Part shown: piece by piece, positions 9,801-18,769 of the stretch
Position numbering within the stretch: position 1 is the stretch's first letter
How the letters are laid out: the number at the start of each line of letters is the position of its first letter
Virus record (IMG/VR): IMGVR_UViG_3300042450_001700
Strand: one strand, 5' to 3'
Source: an uncultured virus (IMG/VR IMGVR_UViG_3300042450_001700)
Taxonomy: Duplodnaviria; Heunggongvirae; Uroviricota; Caudoviricetes
DNA: 64,000 nt
Notes under the pieces: model-generated
Databases searched by the model: none
What the model saw: only the letters and a program-made list of their open reading frames with translations
What the model was told of the DNA's origin: nothing
Made by a program: the position numbers and the translations under genes

Positions 9801-9967
9801 ACGTCAGGGTTGTCCATCTGACCGATCCACGCTTCTGCTTCAGCGGCAGTCAGGTGACACGAGTCATGGATGATTGTGCCGTCATCGGCAGCGGACACTA
9901 CGGCTACTGCGAACCCCCCGGAGGGTAGCGGGCAGTACGGGCTGTCGGGTACAACTTGAAAGCTCAT
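6845..9967 (-). CDS. Capsid maturation protease fusion protein
   Basis: 1040 aa between portal and capsid. LTWRELPLPLMLQ...GHDGAVIAGSI...GVSAD...GATLTPFPAF protease-like domain, with an internal duplicated ~120-aa domain. Confidence 0.7.
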   Translation of the reverse strand: MSFQVVPDSPYCPLPSGGFAVAVVSAADDGTIIHDSCHLTAAEAEAWIGQMDNPDVDLTDEALPPEMPEVATNSAAPAGFVNREAMLSAMLAGAMSELGVDPVSTEIEDAVSLGAIASHSSALSEDSFSSPAAQATRIISPNKEEYFAKIFAWRDRNGNTEVKSSYKFRHHFVDADGTPGAASRIACSGGISVLNGGGAGTTIPEADRKSVYNHLARHLRDAGRDVIELLSQEDYLVALAKSNEMKAQTAESAEFGAIASHSTPVGDQRFVGPSASEVRIISPNSEEYFADFYAWRDDAKDTSVKGSYKFFHHFVSDTGASISASRVACSSGIGILNGARGGSTIPLVDRQGVYDHLARHLRDDQRIAPKLLSQDDYEVALMAANTELANTNQKAWDADMETTSSSTEVFDMHEDELMDPLETDELEPVELEEGEIVVTDGDMSGLSDDELMAELARRWAEKTIENLSAERPAEFDNPLLEVEVEVIQIETEIECECGEGECECGKGMKEGGYDKESEDEIVVTLPAGTCITIEAAEEEEEHKEKDGMGGEGGPMMLMATDGVTLADEPQMVDTPVSLYDWEGVLIVEGLASGDGRKIAENALTWRELPLPLMLQTANASGHDGAVIAGSIHEIERQGQNIVGRGFFDSGVAGVEAHRLLEEGTMRGVSADIDSVKIEFMTDDGASVSADDMMFGGVDALEVLVAGRLMGATLTPFPAFQEAFVTVLIGDEVEVDVTLVASGAETLGDVWRVPSPLGVWPSGKGNAEQGLASLVASAAASVEVPANPPMEWFLPGDMTGVEPFTVHPDGRCYGLVAAWGSCHIGFADRCVPVPKSGCAYKHFRNKNVLTAEGTLVATGPVYMDTVHPNLRLVASDSQAFYADTGCAVADVALYENEFGIVAAGALRPGLSAEQVRKFRGSDVSPDWRQLGGRLEVVGLLSVNVSGFIVEGLVASGAEVSAPRGVWDSVAGEVTALVAAGMIHTADTEKSDMRRELDGIRVELAEFREALRPVRAAAAAAKFAALSPVNDAELGCSCDTGI

Positions 9968-10062
9968 ATGGACTCCGAGGCTAACACGCCACTGGCGTTA
10001 GGCATGGTTGTTCTTGAAGTCTTGGACCTTACTATGAAGAAACCCAATCTACGGACGGGTTA

Positions 10063-12060
10063 TCAAATAGCAATCGTTGTGGTGTGTGTTTCGGACCTGA
10101 TGTTAGCGAAAGACCACAACGCTTTCTGCAAAGGAACAGACATCAAATCAAGAGGCACATCACCATCCCAATTATCACCAATCTGCGCCACATAGCCTGC
10201 ATACGAATCTAAGGCCATTACTAGCGGGCCAACCACATTCCCTGTCAATGCGGGAATAGACATAGGTTCTAGACCCGTGCCGACCAACCAGTCGGTAACC
10301 AAATCTTCTGCTGAAGCAACGAATCCGTTACTAGCAGAAAGAGTGACTTGCTCATCTGGATTCAACTTTTCGCCTAAAGCCAAATTCGCTGCACTTGTCA
10401 AAGCTTCAACAAGATCGTCGATTACAGCTAAACCTTCCGATGACTTCCCATCAGGACGAGGAACCGGAGGGGCGTTACCTTCAATACCTTTTGGCGTACT
10501 TGGTTGTGCTGCCGGAGCGTTATTTGTCGCCCCCGGATCGGCAAGAGGCTGATTCACCGGATCGGCAGGCAACGCAGCAGGAACAGCAGTACCACCCGCT
10601 TCTTCAGGGATATTGACACTCAACAAGTCAAAGTCCATGAACAGCCTTGCAAGCTCAGGATACAAAGCAGGCAGAAGCCTCGGACCGAAGTTACGCGGAT
10701 CAGATAAAACAACCTTCTCCAACAGTCTTCTCTGCCGCTCATCGCCAGTCGGGTAATCTTCCATATCGAAACCATTAGCCCGCAGATATGTTGCATCAGA
10801 TAAAGCCATCCGATCCCACGCACCTGTCGCAGCCGGACCTTCATCTTGCCGGGAAGTCAAAATGCGAGAATCGAAAAGTAGTTCAAATCGCAAAACATCT
10901 TGATCTGATAGATGCTCAAACTCTGCCAACATCGGGCGCAGATAAGCGACAGTGATGAACTCTGCGATCATCTCTCCAACAGGATTCACATGCTTACCGA
11001 TCAAATCGGCATCCACGTTGTACGACGACCAATGGTTCAACCCTGCTTTGCCGCCAATGATCTCAGGTGGAGCATCTAGACCCTTAGCGAGTCTATCTAG
11101 TAGTTCCATCCGCAGGCTTTGATAGGTGACATCCAAGTCTTGTGCTAATTCAATCAGTCTAATCTTGTCACCAAATTCGGCAGCACCACGAACAACAAGC
11201 GGGACCAGACCCGCGGCGGATGTCCTATCTCTCACCGGGGCAGACATGTGTTCTACCAGTGTCCCAATGAACTCGTCGAAGTCATCCGAATCGTTCGGTG
11301 CTTCAGTCTCGTTGATAGGGCCGAAACTCATCTCCTCGGGAATGAACAACATCCCCGAAGACAGCCGTGACTTAGCGATTGAATCAACAACCTCCGATAG
11401 AACAACCAGTTCACGACAGATCGGCAACACACGCTTCATCGGGGAATCAGCACGCATCGAATACCGTGGGTCCGGTCGCCACAACCGGGCAATGAAAGCC
11501 TCAACATCAACAAACCCTGCGTCGCCATCAGAAAGCCCACTAGCGTTCCGTTTGATCTGTTGCTTGCCTTGCCCAGCGGTGACCCGAATCTCCTCGGTGG
11601 ATAAGAACTCCCACATGAACCCTGCGGCCCGGTCGAACTTATCTTTCAGCGGGGTGCCTAACAGGAAACTTTCACCTGCTATTTGCAAGTGCATAGCAGC
11701 CCTGCGTTTCAACTCCTTCTGCCCACCTTGCGGCCCTGTGAACGCAGCCATGACCCGTGCTGCACGGCCATCATTGGAATCTTCTATCTCTACACCGCTA
11801 GGGGTTATACGTCGCTCTACCACCCGTAGTTCACAAGTTGAAACCAGATTAGCTACAAGGTTGTTGAGGTAGCCGATCTCACCGATTAGCTCGTTGAAGG
11901 AGAAAGCGTCACGTTGCCATTCGTGGCCTCTTCGGGGTGGGACCATCCATGAGTCGATCCGTGACAGCGCTGCGGATGACACGGACGCAAGGTTCGGCTG
12001 GGGTGCAACCATTGCGAACTCGGCACTGTTCTGTTGGTTCCATCTTGAAGCGCGAGGCAT
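10063..12060 (-). CDS. Portal protein
   Basis: 665 aa first gene of the head operon; IAGESFL, ADSP, SRLSSGMLFIPEE, RLAKGLDAPPE and NHWS motifs typical of actinophage portals. Confidence 0.8.
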   Translation of the reverse strand: MPRASRWNQQNSAEFAMVAPQPNLASVSSAALSRIDSWMVPPRRGHEWQRDAFSFNELIGEIGYLNNLVANLVSTCELRVVERRITPSGVEIEDSNDGRAARVMAAFTGPQGGQKELKRRAAMHLQIAGESFLLGTPLKDKFDRAAGFMWEFLSTEEIRVTAGQGKQQIKRNASGLSDGDAGFVDVEAFIARLWRPDPRYSMRADSPMKRVLPICRELVVLSEVVDSIAKSRLSSGMLFIPEEMSFGPINETEAPNDSDDFDEFIGTLVEHMSAPVRDRTSAAGLVPLVVRGAAEFGDKIRLIELAQDLDVTYQSLRMELLDRLAKGLDAPPEIIGGKAGLNHWSSYNVDADLIGKHVNPVGEMIAEFITVAYLRPMLAEFEHLSDQDVLRFELLFDSRILTSRQDEGPAATGAWDRMALSDATYLRANGFDMEDYPTGDERQRRLLEKVVLSDPRNFGPRLLPALYPELARLFMDFDLLSVNIPEEAGGTAVPAALPADPVNQPLADPGATNNAPAAQPSTPKGIEGNAPPVPRPDGKSSEGLAVIDDLVEALTSAANLALGEKLNPDEQVTLSASNGFVASAEDLVTDWLVGTGLEPMSIPALTGNVVGPLVMALDSYAGYVAQIGDNWDGDVPLDLMSVPLQKALWSFANIRSETHTTTIAI

Positions 12061-12097
12061 GGTGCAACTCTACCTCTCCGGTTAGTCGCAGAACGTG

Positions 12098-12202
12098 CTA
12101 CTTCTTGAATCGGCCTTCGACTGACATTTTCCAGAACAGGAGTGCGAGCGATGCGGTGATGTATCCGATTACAAGTGCGATGCCGATGTAAGTGTTTGTC
12201 AT
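12098..12202 (-). CDS. Small single-TM peptide (34 aa, leaderless)
   Basis: TATGAT-N6-ATG; MTNTYIGIALVIGYITASLALLFWKMSVEGRFKK; paralog at 42463-42555. Confidence 0.6.
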   Translation of the reverse strand: MTNTYIGIALVIGYITASLALLFWKMSVEGRFKK

Positions 12203-12237
12203 GCCATTATCATAGCACGATCTACCACAACATCAAG

Positions 12238-12735
12238 TCAGTGTGAAAGATTGTTTGATATTTCTTCAGAACCCAACCGGCCCACCCGAAGCTTCACATT
12301 CCCATCAACCACCGGCTCAGGACACACCACCGGCTCAGCGCCCAGCCACCGGAACACCGCATCAAAACTCTCAGGATCAGACAACACTTCCTCATAGACC
12401 AACGGATACACCCTGATCCCCCGAGCAACCGCCCAAGTCAATACCCGCATCTGCGCCTGCACAATGTTCGCCTCAGCTTCCTCACGGCAAGAAGCAATAC
12501 CACGATCCACCTGCGAACTAATCGTCGCCTCAAACGACCTCAACACAAGAACAACCGCCTGCGGCCACTCCCCGCCAAAGTCAAAATCCGTCGGCCAATG
12601 CGACATCCACTTATCACCCGACGGCATCGACCAGTGCCGAGCAACCACCGCAGGATTAGCTTCCAACCAACGAGACACAAACCTCGTAGCCGACCCAGCA
12701 GGCCCGGTCACGATCACGTTCACATGGTCACTCAC
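12238..12735 (-). CDS. Sulfotransferase/P-loop-like protein
   Basis: VIVTGPAGSATRFVSRWL..NP, LVLRS...TISS and LVYEEVLSDP resemble the sulfotransferase fold; GTG overlaps the upstream stop. Confidence 0.5.
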   Translation of the reverse strand: MSDHVNVIVTGPAGSATRFVSRWLEANPAVVARHWSMPSGDKWMSHWPTDFDFGGEWPQAVVLVLRSFEATISSQVDRGIASCREEAEANIVQAQMRVLTWAVARGIRVYPLVYEEVLSDPESFDAVFRWLGAEPVVCPEPVVDGNVKLRVGRLGSEEISNNLSH

Positions 12736-13307
12736 GCAATCCACTCACCAATCCACACAGACTCAGCCCAACCCGCTTCTTGACCATACGCCATGATCTC
12801 AACCTCGGATGTCTGTCGCCAATGCACACCATCCCTGACAAGCGTACAAGCCCTGTCAGTACCAGTTTCACCGCTCACAAGCCACTCATCCAACGGTGGG
12901 TTGCAACCAGTAGGAACAGTCACAAGCAAACGCCCGCCCGGTGCAAGCAAAGACCTCAAATGTTCAATCGCCCTAACCGACCCACCCGGCTCACGAGGCT
13001 TCTCATCCCAACGAACATGCTCAACCGTTGAGATAGAAAATATCTGATCCCACGAACCAGTCACCTCAAACACATCAAGGTTCCACACACCGGCAGAATG
13101 CTCCCAGCGGTCAACGACGGCACGTTCTGGTGCTTCAGGGTAATGCGCAAGAACATTACCAAGTTCAAGTATCGACCCTTGACGATCCAACCATTGACGC
13201 ACAATCGGTATCTCAACCGCACGTTCATTCAACCGGGTGGTGTTGTACTCGAAGTCAGCGTACTCAAGTACACGACCCCAATAAGTGAATACTTCCATCC
13301 GGTTCAT
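12732..13307 (-). CDS. Class I SAM-dependent methyltransferase-like protein
   Basis: ILELGN, WDQIFSISTVEHV and LLAPGGRLLVTVP motifs. Confidence 0.7.
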   Translation of the reverse strand: MNRMEVFTYWGRVLEYADFEYNTTRLNERAVEIPIVRQWLDRQGSILELGNVLAHYPEAPERAVVDRWEHSAGVWNLDVFEVTGSWDQIFSISTVEHVRWDEKPREPGGSVRAIEHLRSLLAPGGRLLVTVPTGCNPPLDEWLVSGETGTDRACTLVRDGVHWRQTSEVEIMAYGQEAGWAESVWIGEWIA

Positions 13308-13317
13308 TCAACCTCCC

Positions 13318-13530
13318 TCAAGGTTCATCAGGTTCATCGTAGTCAGGAATATCAAGGAAACACGGCAGGACCACCATCTCCTTACCCAACACCGACTCCA
13401 GCAGTTCAAGCTCAGTGAGTTTCGCAATCACCCGCTCGTAGTCCTTCGCAGTCAAAACGATGTACGCCCCGTAGCCTGCCCAGTTGTAGAGCGCTTGTTC
13501 GATTGACCCTTCGGTTGGTTCTAAGCCCAC
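13318..13530 (-). CDS. Hypothetical protein
   Basis: Coupled ORF within the operon. Confidence 0.5.
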   Translation of the reverse strand: MGLEPTEGSIEQALYNWAGYGAYIVLTAKDYERVIAKLTELELLESVLGKEMVVLPCFLDIPDYDEPDEP

Positions 13531-13850
13531 ACGACTTCCCTTCTTAGTTGTCGGGCCACAGTAGCAACCCTGATTACATCCGCCACCCTACGCGCTGTGA
13601 CGTTCTGCCAACCGCCTCCAACAACCCAAGTGGATTCGTAGCCGCCTGCCTTAGCCAACGGGTCTACGCCGCTGTCAAGGAACGCTTCCGCCGGGAGAGA
13701 ACCCACGACCTGATCTTCGACAGTCAGATCAAAACACTCCAACACGTTCGCCCACGAGGAGTACCCCATGTCAGCAGAATAGAAACCTTCCGACTCAAGA
13801 GCATTCCACTCCTGCGCTGTCTGGCATGACACTGATATTGAAATTCCCAT
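13521..13850 (-). CDS. Hypothetical protein
   Basis: ATG 13850 overlaps the upstream TAA (MGISISVSC...). Confidence 0.6.
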   Translation of the reverse strand: MGISISVSCQTAQEWNALESEGFYSADMGYSSWANVLECFDLTVEDQVVGSLPAEAFLDSGVDPLAKAGGYESTWVVGGGWQNVTARRVADVIRVATVARQLRREVVWA

Positions 13851-14020
13851 TAGGCTTCCTTTCCGAAGTCTTCGATCTTGACACCACGAACAATTTGTCC
13901 GGTACGGTTTTTGGTTAGGTCGTAAACGAACTTGCCGTTCAGCATCCAACACCTAGCGAGTGTGTGAGTTTCCCCGTCGTACTGGAAGCGCTCACCCGTC
14001 TTTGGCATCAGATAGCTCAC
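13850..14020 (-). CDS. Hypothetical protein
   Basis: GTGA overlap with the upstream stop. Confidence 0.5.
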   Translation of the reverse strand: MSYLMPKTGERFQYDGETHTLARCWMLNGKFVYDLTKNRTGQIVRGVKIEDFGKEA

Positions 14021-14388
14021 TTGGCTACCCACCAAGGCAACATGCGGTCAGGAATCTCGCCGGTGACAGTGCCGTCAGTGTCGATAACTCCGACGACTTC
14101 TGCTCCCTGAAATGAACATAGGATGCGATGGTTGAGTGATGAGCGAATGAAGAACCGATCACCTACCGCCATGTCTGCCGAACCGTATGAGGTATAAACC
14201 CGGAGGCTCTTTGTGGCGAAGCTTCCGTTTCCTCTGCGAATGCCATCGGCATCCTTTGGTGCATGAACAAAGTCTTTCGACACGTTGATGACGTACACGG
14301 CTGACCGTGCCTGCCACTCGCGTGAAGCTCTCGCCCCGGTTGGGTTCATCTTCTCTTTGGTATTCAGTGCGAAGTGTGTCATTTGCAT
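14017..14388 (-). CDS. Hypothetical protein
   Basis: GAGGAG SD; downstream of a class II promoter. Confidence 0.65.
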   Translation of the reverse strand: MQMTHFALNTKEKMNPTGARASREWQARSAVYVINVSKDFVHAPKDADGIRRGNGSFATKSLRVYTSYGSADMAVGDRFFIRSSLNHRILCSFQGAEVVGVIDTDGTVTGEIPDRMLPWWVAK

Positions 14389-14423
14389 TCTCCTCTGTTG
14401 TGACTGAGGTTCTCAGTCGATGT

Positions 14424-14510
14424 CATGTAGATAACCCTACAGCATGGGTCTGACATTATCAAACCAATAATGGTCAATATCGAAGATTTCTTCAGATTTC
14501 TTTTTCACCC
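14424..14510 (-). promoter_or_regulatory. Class II promoter cassette (TGTCAG-N10-TAGGGT) ending in ATGACATCGAC
   Basis: Near-identical to 17518-17592, 48245-48324 and 50557-50646. Confidence 0.75.
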
Positions 14511-14550
14511 CAAACCAAGCCCGTCCACCCGACATGCAATACTTGACCCG

Positions 14551-14645
14551 TCGGGCGTGGTCCCGTTGAAGCTTGAATCTCCTCTTAGTCGATGTCAGAT
14601 CAAGCCGAGGGCGACTCTCCTTGTCGTGTTGTGAGCCACGCCCGA
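14551..14645 (+). ncRNA. Candidate small structured RNA (strand uncertain)
   Basis: Closing stem TCGGGCGTGG/CCACGCCCGA, inner GCTTGA..ATCT/AGAT.CAAGC stem; intergenic. Confidence 0.35.
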
Positions 14646-14724
14646 CAACACTCTCCACTTCCTTTCATATACCTTTCACATCTGCTGAGCTTGTAGTTGC
14701 GCAGTGGAAGGCGCAGGAGGAAAC

Positions 14725-15009
14725 ATGAAAACAACCTTGCGAAAAGCATGGTGCAAAGCCAGACGGTTAGCGCGCCGCAAACACCGCTGGGTCATCATCC
14801 GCAGAATCGTTCCATCAAGTAAAGCGCTTGTCGGCAAAGCTAGAGAAGACCGGCGAACGATGTGGCTGCTTGAAGGGATAGATACGGAATGGGAAATCAC
14901 TTCAGATAGCAGGGAAGCAAACGGAATGGTTTGTTTTTGGTGTCGTGAGCAATGGTTGTGGGATGAACCAACTGTTGAGGGTTACAGAGATTGGTTGTTA
15001 GACAACTAA
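14725..15009 (+). CDS. Hypothetical basic protein with CxxC
   Basis: GGAGG SD before ATG 14725. Confidence 0.55.
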   Translation: MKTTLRKAWCKARRLARRKHRWVIIRRIVPSSKALVGKAREDRRTMWLLEGIDTEWEITSDSREANGMVCFWCREQWLWDEPTVEGYRDWLLDN

Positions 15010-15039
15010 CTGTCACACCCCTGTAGTAGTATCTGTTAC

Positions 15040-15270
15040 ATGATCTTGATACAGGAACTTGTAGGCGACAACACGGCAACCGGATCGGTATGGGAATGCG
15101 TCACACCCGTACCCCACGATTGCACCGGGGTAGCAACGGTCGCTGTCACTCAAACCCCTTGCTGCCCCGCAGGAGCGGTCACAGAGCAGTCATGGCAAGA
15201 AGCGCAAGCTGCTGCTGAACACGCCGAGGCATTAGCTGAAGCTGCCGCTCAGAACGCTTCAGAACTTTAG
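15040..15270 (+). CDS. Hypothetical protein (leaderless)
   Basis: TGTCAC-N10-TAGTAT-N7-ATG. Confidence 0.6.
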   Translation: MILIQELVGDNTATGSVWECVTPVPHDCTGVATVAVTQTPCCPAGAVTEQSWQEAQAAAEHAEALAEAAAQNASEL

Positions 15271-15438
15271 GAAGCAGTCAGGGCAAACATCATCCACGCC
15301 CGGACGCTGACGCTCCCAGCCGTAGGTGGCGGCGGCTTCCCTGATCGCATCGGCGGCGGCGGACTCTGCGACAGGCGCACACCGTTTGCAACGATCACAC
15401 CTAACCGTCCATCCCTTTTTCTTCAACGCTGTAGTCAT
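15259..15438 (-). CDS. Small zinc-ribbon-like protein (59 aa)
   Basis: MTTALKKKGWTVRCDRCKRC...GW...DVCPDCFLKF, read manually. Confidence 0.6.
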   Translation of the reverse strand: MTTALKKKGWTVRCDRCKRCAPVAESAAADAIREAAATYGWERQRPGVDDVCPDCFLKF

Positions 15439-15447
15439 GCAAACAGC

Positions 15448-15620
15448 TTACTCAGGGTCAGGCCATTCTGTTGCATCAAACATCACTGCTGCCTCCTGAG
15501 CGCACTGCCCGCAGATACCCCCGTACTGGTTCCATTCAGACGGCCAGTACACCGGGTTGATATGACGGCAAGGCCAACCGCAACGTGGGCAGTCCAACTT
15601 GAAAGAGTCTTTGCCAACAC
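15448..15620 (-). CDS. Small zinc-finger protein (start uncertain)
   Basis: CPRCGW...ICGQC pair in the 3' part of tracked ORF 15448..15864. Confidence 0.45.
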
Positions 15621-15689
15621 TCGGGGAAGTAATTTCGTGTCTAGGTAATCTGTTAGAACGTGTTCGTACTTCGATCAAAAAGGAATCCA

Positions 15690-15881
15690 ATGGGTGATGT
15701 GAAACAAGAAGTGTACTCGGGTGATATGCGTGGCTGTGATGAATGCGGGGTCGGGCCGGAAGATGAGTGTGTTCCTGATTGCCCGTGGGTTGCTGCGGCT
15801 GAAGACGCTGCCACCACTGGGTCGCCGCCCGGTTTGCTGTTAGATGTCCTGACGGACCTTCCACCTAATGTTACAGAATGA
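15690..15881 (+). CDS. Small acidic Cys-containing protein
   Basis: AAGGA SD; CDECG...CVPDCP. Confidence 0.5.
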   Translation: MGDVKQEVYSGDMRGCDECGVGPEDECVPDCPWVAAAEDAATTGSPPGLLLDVLTDLPPNVTE

Positions 15882-15980
15882 TTGCAATGCGTCTACTTGT
15901 GCGCGTAGCCTAGACACCTAACAGCCACCCGCTCATCCAAAACGGGTGGCTGTCGTGTATCTAACCGACAACTGAAAGAG

Positions 15981-16412
15981 GTGACCATGAGGCTCAATCT
16001 CAGGTCTGTATCCATTGCCGCAATCGTGATCTTAGCTGCGGTGTCAAGCGTTAGCTGTACCCCGGAAGAAATAGCGTCTTACGCGACGATGAACCCGGCG
16101 GAGCAGGCTGCTGTGAAAGCGCATCTGCAAGCGCAGGCGAAACCTGTTGAGCAGGCTCACACGCCTCCCGGTGGTTTCCTTGCTTGTGTTCGCAGGCATG
16201 AGAGCGGTGGAAGCTACACCGCCAAGAACCCCGTGAGTACCGCTTCAGGTGCGTACCAGTTCCTTGATTCGACTTGGCGGACTATGAGCGCCCGCGCAGG
16301 CCACGGCGGTTACGGCTCGGCCCGTCACGCCCCACCCCACATCCAAGATGCGGTTGCGATCTACACCGTGAACAGCGGGTGGCGTTCAGCTTGGAACGGC
16401 ACCGGCTGCTAA
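15981..16412 (+). CDS. Secreted/lipoprotein lytic transglycosylase (Rpf-like domain)
   Basis: Signal peptide ending SVSC; CVRRHESGG.Y...ASGAYQFLDSTW...QD..A...W motifs. Confidence 0.85.
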   Translation: MTMRLNLRSVSIAAIVILAAVSSVSCTPEEIASYATMNPAEQAAVKAHLQAQAKPVEQAHTPPGGFLACVRRHESGGSYTAKNPVSTASGAYQFLDSTWRTMSARAGHGGYGSARHAPPHIQDAVAIYTVNSGWRSAWNGTGC

Positions 16413-16425
16413 CACTGGGACTGCC

Positions 16426-16460
16426 GCCCGGTGGTGTCCCTTGCGGGGTGTCACCGGGCT
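16426..16460. terminator. Hairpin between convergent genes
   Basis: GCCCGGTG...CACCGGGC inverted repeat. Confidence 0.5.
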
Positions 16461-16686
16461 AACCCAACTTGAACATGTTGGCAAGGCGCTCCGGTCCGGG
16501 CTGGCCGTCAGCGGACCGTGGGTTGTGAAGCAGGTCATGCAACTCGTTCAACTCTCGCAACCGATCAGCAACAGGGTCTAGGAGATACCATTTTGCGCCC
16601 CACCCGTCTGCGAGAAAGTCGGTGTTGTTGTGCTTGGTCTTGAGGTGGATCATTGCGTCGCTGACACTTGTGAACTGTTCGTTCAT
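16459..16686 (-). CDS. Hypothetical protein
   Basis: ATGA-coupled start (MNEQFT...). Confidence 0.55.
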   Translation of the reverse strand: MNEQFTSVSDAMIHLKTKHNNTDFLADGWGAKWYLLDPVADRLRELNELHDLLHNPRSADGQPGPERLANMFKLG

Positions 16687-16988
16687 GGTTCCATCCTTCT
16701 TACGTCGAAGCCTGCAAGCGAGACACGCCACGGTTCGCAAAGTTGCATCCCGTTCTCACGGAACATCCACACGGTCATTTGACCTTTGTCGGTATCTTCT
16801 TGGAAGCGGTCAAAGACTCGGATGCCTGCTTCTTTGAGTTGCACTCTGAGAATCTCATCGGCCCGGAACATCTCCGCTTTACGGTCTTCGCCGCCGTTAC
16901 GGTCGTAGTCTTGACACGCCCGGTTCAATGCCTGAGCAACCTCGGTTTCCCGAATTGCTTTGATGACTGAGTGAGAGATTTCGTTCAT
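16683..16988 (-). CDS. Hypothetical protein
   Basis: ATGA-coupled ORF. Confidence 0.6.
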   Translation of the reverse strand: MNEISHSVIKAIRETEVAQALNRACQDYDRNGGEDRKAEMFRADEILRVQLKEAGIRVFDRFQEDTDKGQMTVWMFRENGMQLCEPWRVSLAGFDVRRMEP

Positions 16989-17233
16989 GCTGCCACCCGC
17001 TCAAAGACAAGAGCGATGGTCGCTGACATGGTTGCCTCGGAAGGCATCCGGGTGGTTCCCGCTGCGGCGGCGATGTCTGACCAGAAGATGTCGTCACCGA
17101 TGGAGTCCATCAGCATCGACAGATCGTCGGGGGTCGGCACTGCTTTGCCTTGAGCGACAAACAGGATTGCTTCGTCGGCCATGCGGCTTGCGAGTGCGAG
17201 TCGGTTGGTTAGGTGGGCTGGATGGACTGCCAT
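16985..17233 (-). CDS. HPxHL-family small protein, copy 1
   Basis: AAGGAG SD; MAVHPAHLTNR...; paralogs at 24751 and 33699. Confidence 0.7.
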   Translation of the reverse strand: MAVHPAHLTNRLALASRMADEAILFVAQGKAVPTPDDLSMLMDSIGDDIFWSDIAAAAGTTRMPSEATMSATIALVFERVAA

Positions 17234-17310
17234 TCTTCTTTGCTCCTTGTGTTGTGATTACTTGTTTGATTATATCAAACGGGTAGGACGCTTTGTCCCA
17301 CCCGTTTGCG

Positions 17311-17520
17311 TTAGGCGTTCAACTCGTTGACCCGAGCGATTGCTCGTTCGAGCAAGTCTGCATTCCGACGCAGACTTGCGATCTGGTCAAGGGCCATCTG
17401 CGTCATCCACGCTTCGCCTTCGATGACTCGGCGTGCGAGTCCTTCGGCCATGATTGCGTCATGCTCCAAAGCTCCGGCGCTTACAACTCTTTCGTATGTG
17501 ATGTTCTCGGTCGATGTCAT
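17311..17520 (-). CDS. Hypothetical protein (leaderless, MTST start)
   Basis: TGTCAC-N10-TATCGT-N7-ATG. Confidence 0.65.
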   Translation of the reverse strand: MTSTENITYERVVSAGALEHDAIMAEGLARRVIEGEAWMTQMALDQIASLRRNADLLERAIARVNELNA

Positions 17521-17684
17521 GTAGATAACGATACAGCATGGGTGTGACATTATCAAACCAATAACGAAGATTTCTTCAGATTTCTTTTTCGCTCCACCAA
17601 ACCCGATGACCAGTCCAGCGGTTTGCGTCCACCCCTCCACCTACAATGAAGCTCGTACATAGAAGGACTAGAGCGAGGTTGAAC

Positions 17685-18365
17685 ATGGCAGCAATAAGCG
17701 AGTTTTACGCATCCCCCGGTTTGCGATTGGGTCTTCTCTTAGATGACCACCCCGAAGCAACCTACGAGTTTCGACTCGCAACCGGAGCAGAGATCGGTGT
17801 CCCCGACAAGTTCGGTGCAGACAAACCATTCTGCGTAGCAACAATCAGATTCCCTAAAGGCCGTGCTGATGTCACTGCTTGGAAACCTGTCGCAGCATCG
17901 GGAACACCAGACGAGTGGAACATCCTTTGCACCAAGACGTTGGGTCGGGCGTTGAAGCGTGCCGGATACCCTGACGACTTGAAAGACCTAAAGGCTCTTG
18001 TCTTGTGGCGGCAGCGTGACGCAGAGATCGCAGCGATCCGCGGTGGCAACACAACACATGTCATGCCGTCGGCTAATGCTATCGCAGCAGCACCTTCATC
18101 TGATCCGATGCAAGTCGCGTTGGATGAAGCAGGAGTCACGAACGAGGAAGCAACCGGCGGCGATGAGGAAGCTGACATCTTAGATGTGTCGCCTAGCGAA
18201 GTGATCGACGATGAAACGCTGAATGAGATCACTGAGTTAGTCAACGGTCTAGATAAGACTGAAGAGAAAGTGTTCGTTGCTTTCCTGAAGAAACTTGGAA
18301 TCAGTAATCTGGTTTACGCATCGGCTACGGATGCTGAAGCGATCCTCGGATGGTTCGACGCATGA
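17685..18365 (+). CDS. Putative ssDNA-annealing (Rad52/Sak-like) protein
   Basis: GAGG SD; CTKTLGRALKRAGY resembles the T.A.GRAL..G motif of SSAPs; acidic tail; clustered with SSB. Confidence 0.45.
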   Translation: MAAISEFYASPGLRLGLLLDDHPEATYEFRLATGAEIGVPDKFGADKPFCVATIRFPKGRADVTAWKPVAASGTPDEWNILCTKTLGRALKRAGYPDDLKDLKALVLWRQRDAEIAAIRGGNTTHVMPSANAIAAAPSSDPMQVALDEAGVTNEEATGGDEEADILDVSPSEVIDDETLNEITELVNGLDKTEEKVFVAFLKKLGISNLVYASATDAEAILGWFDA

Positions 18366-18754
18366 GCAAACGAGTTGAGTTCAAGGTTGTCGGGTTGACG
18401 TTCATGGAACGCTACCCACAGAACTTGCAGACCATCGAAGCGTTTGTTATCGAAGCTCAAACGAAACAGCTTGGTTGGAATGGTGAAGCAGTAGATCAAC
18501 CTGTTGAGGTTGTGCTGATCCGTAACGCCGAGAATGAGTTTGACGAAAACGCTGTTGAGGTTCACATTCCTATGTTGGGGAGAAGGTCAATGATCGGCCA
18601 TGTTCCTCGTGACCTCGCAGCGAAGCTCGCCCCGTCACTTGACCGTGGTGACTTGTGGAAATGCGAAGTTGAGACTGTGTTGGTTTCACCGGAGAACCCG
18701 GACCTACCGGGAATCCAAATTGTGATTGAGCGTGCGGCACAAGCCGCAGCGTAA
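18362..18754 (+). CDS. HIRAN domain protein
   Basis: FKVVG..F, LIRNAENEFDENAVEVH and IGHVPR motifs. Confidence 0.8.
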   Translation: MSKRVEFKVVGLTFMERYPQNLQTIEAFVIEAQTKQLGWNGEAVDQPVEVVLIRNAENEFDENAVEVHIPMLGRRSMIGHVPRDLAAKLAPSLDRGDLWKCEVETVLVSPENPDLPGIQIVIERAAQAAA

Positions 18755-18769
18755 CTAGAGAGAGAGATT

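Noticed and set aside
3506..11872. Long plus-strand Ser/Thr-rich ORFs opposite capsid, protease and portal
   Set aside because: Antisense shadows of acidic coding sequence
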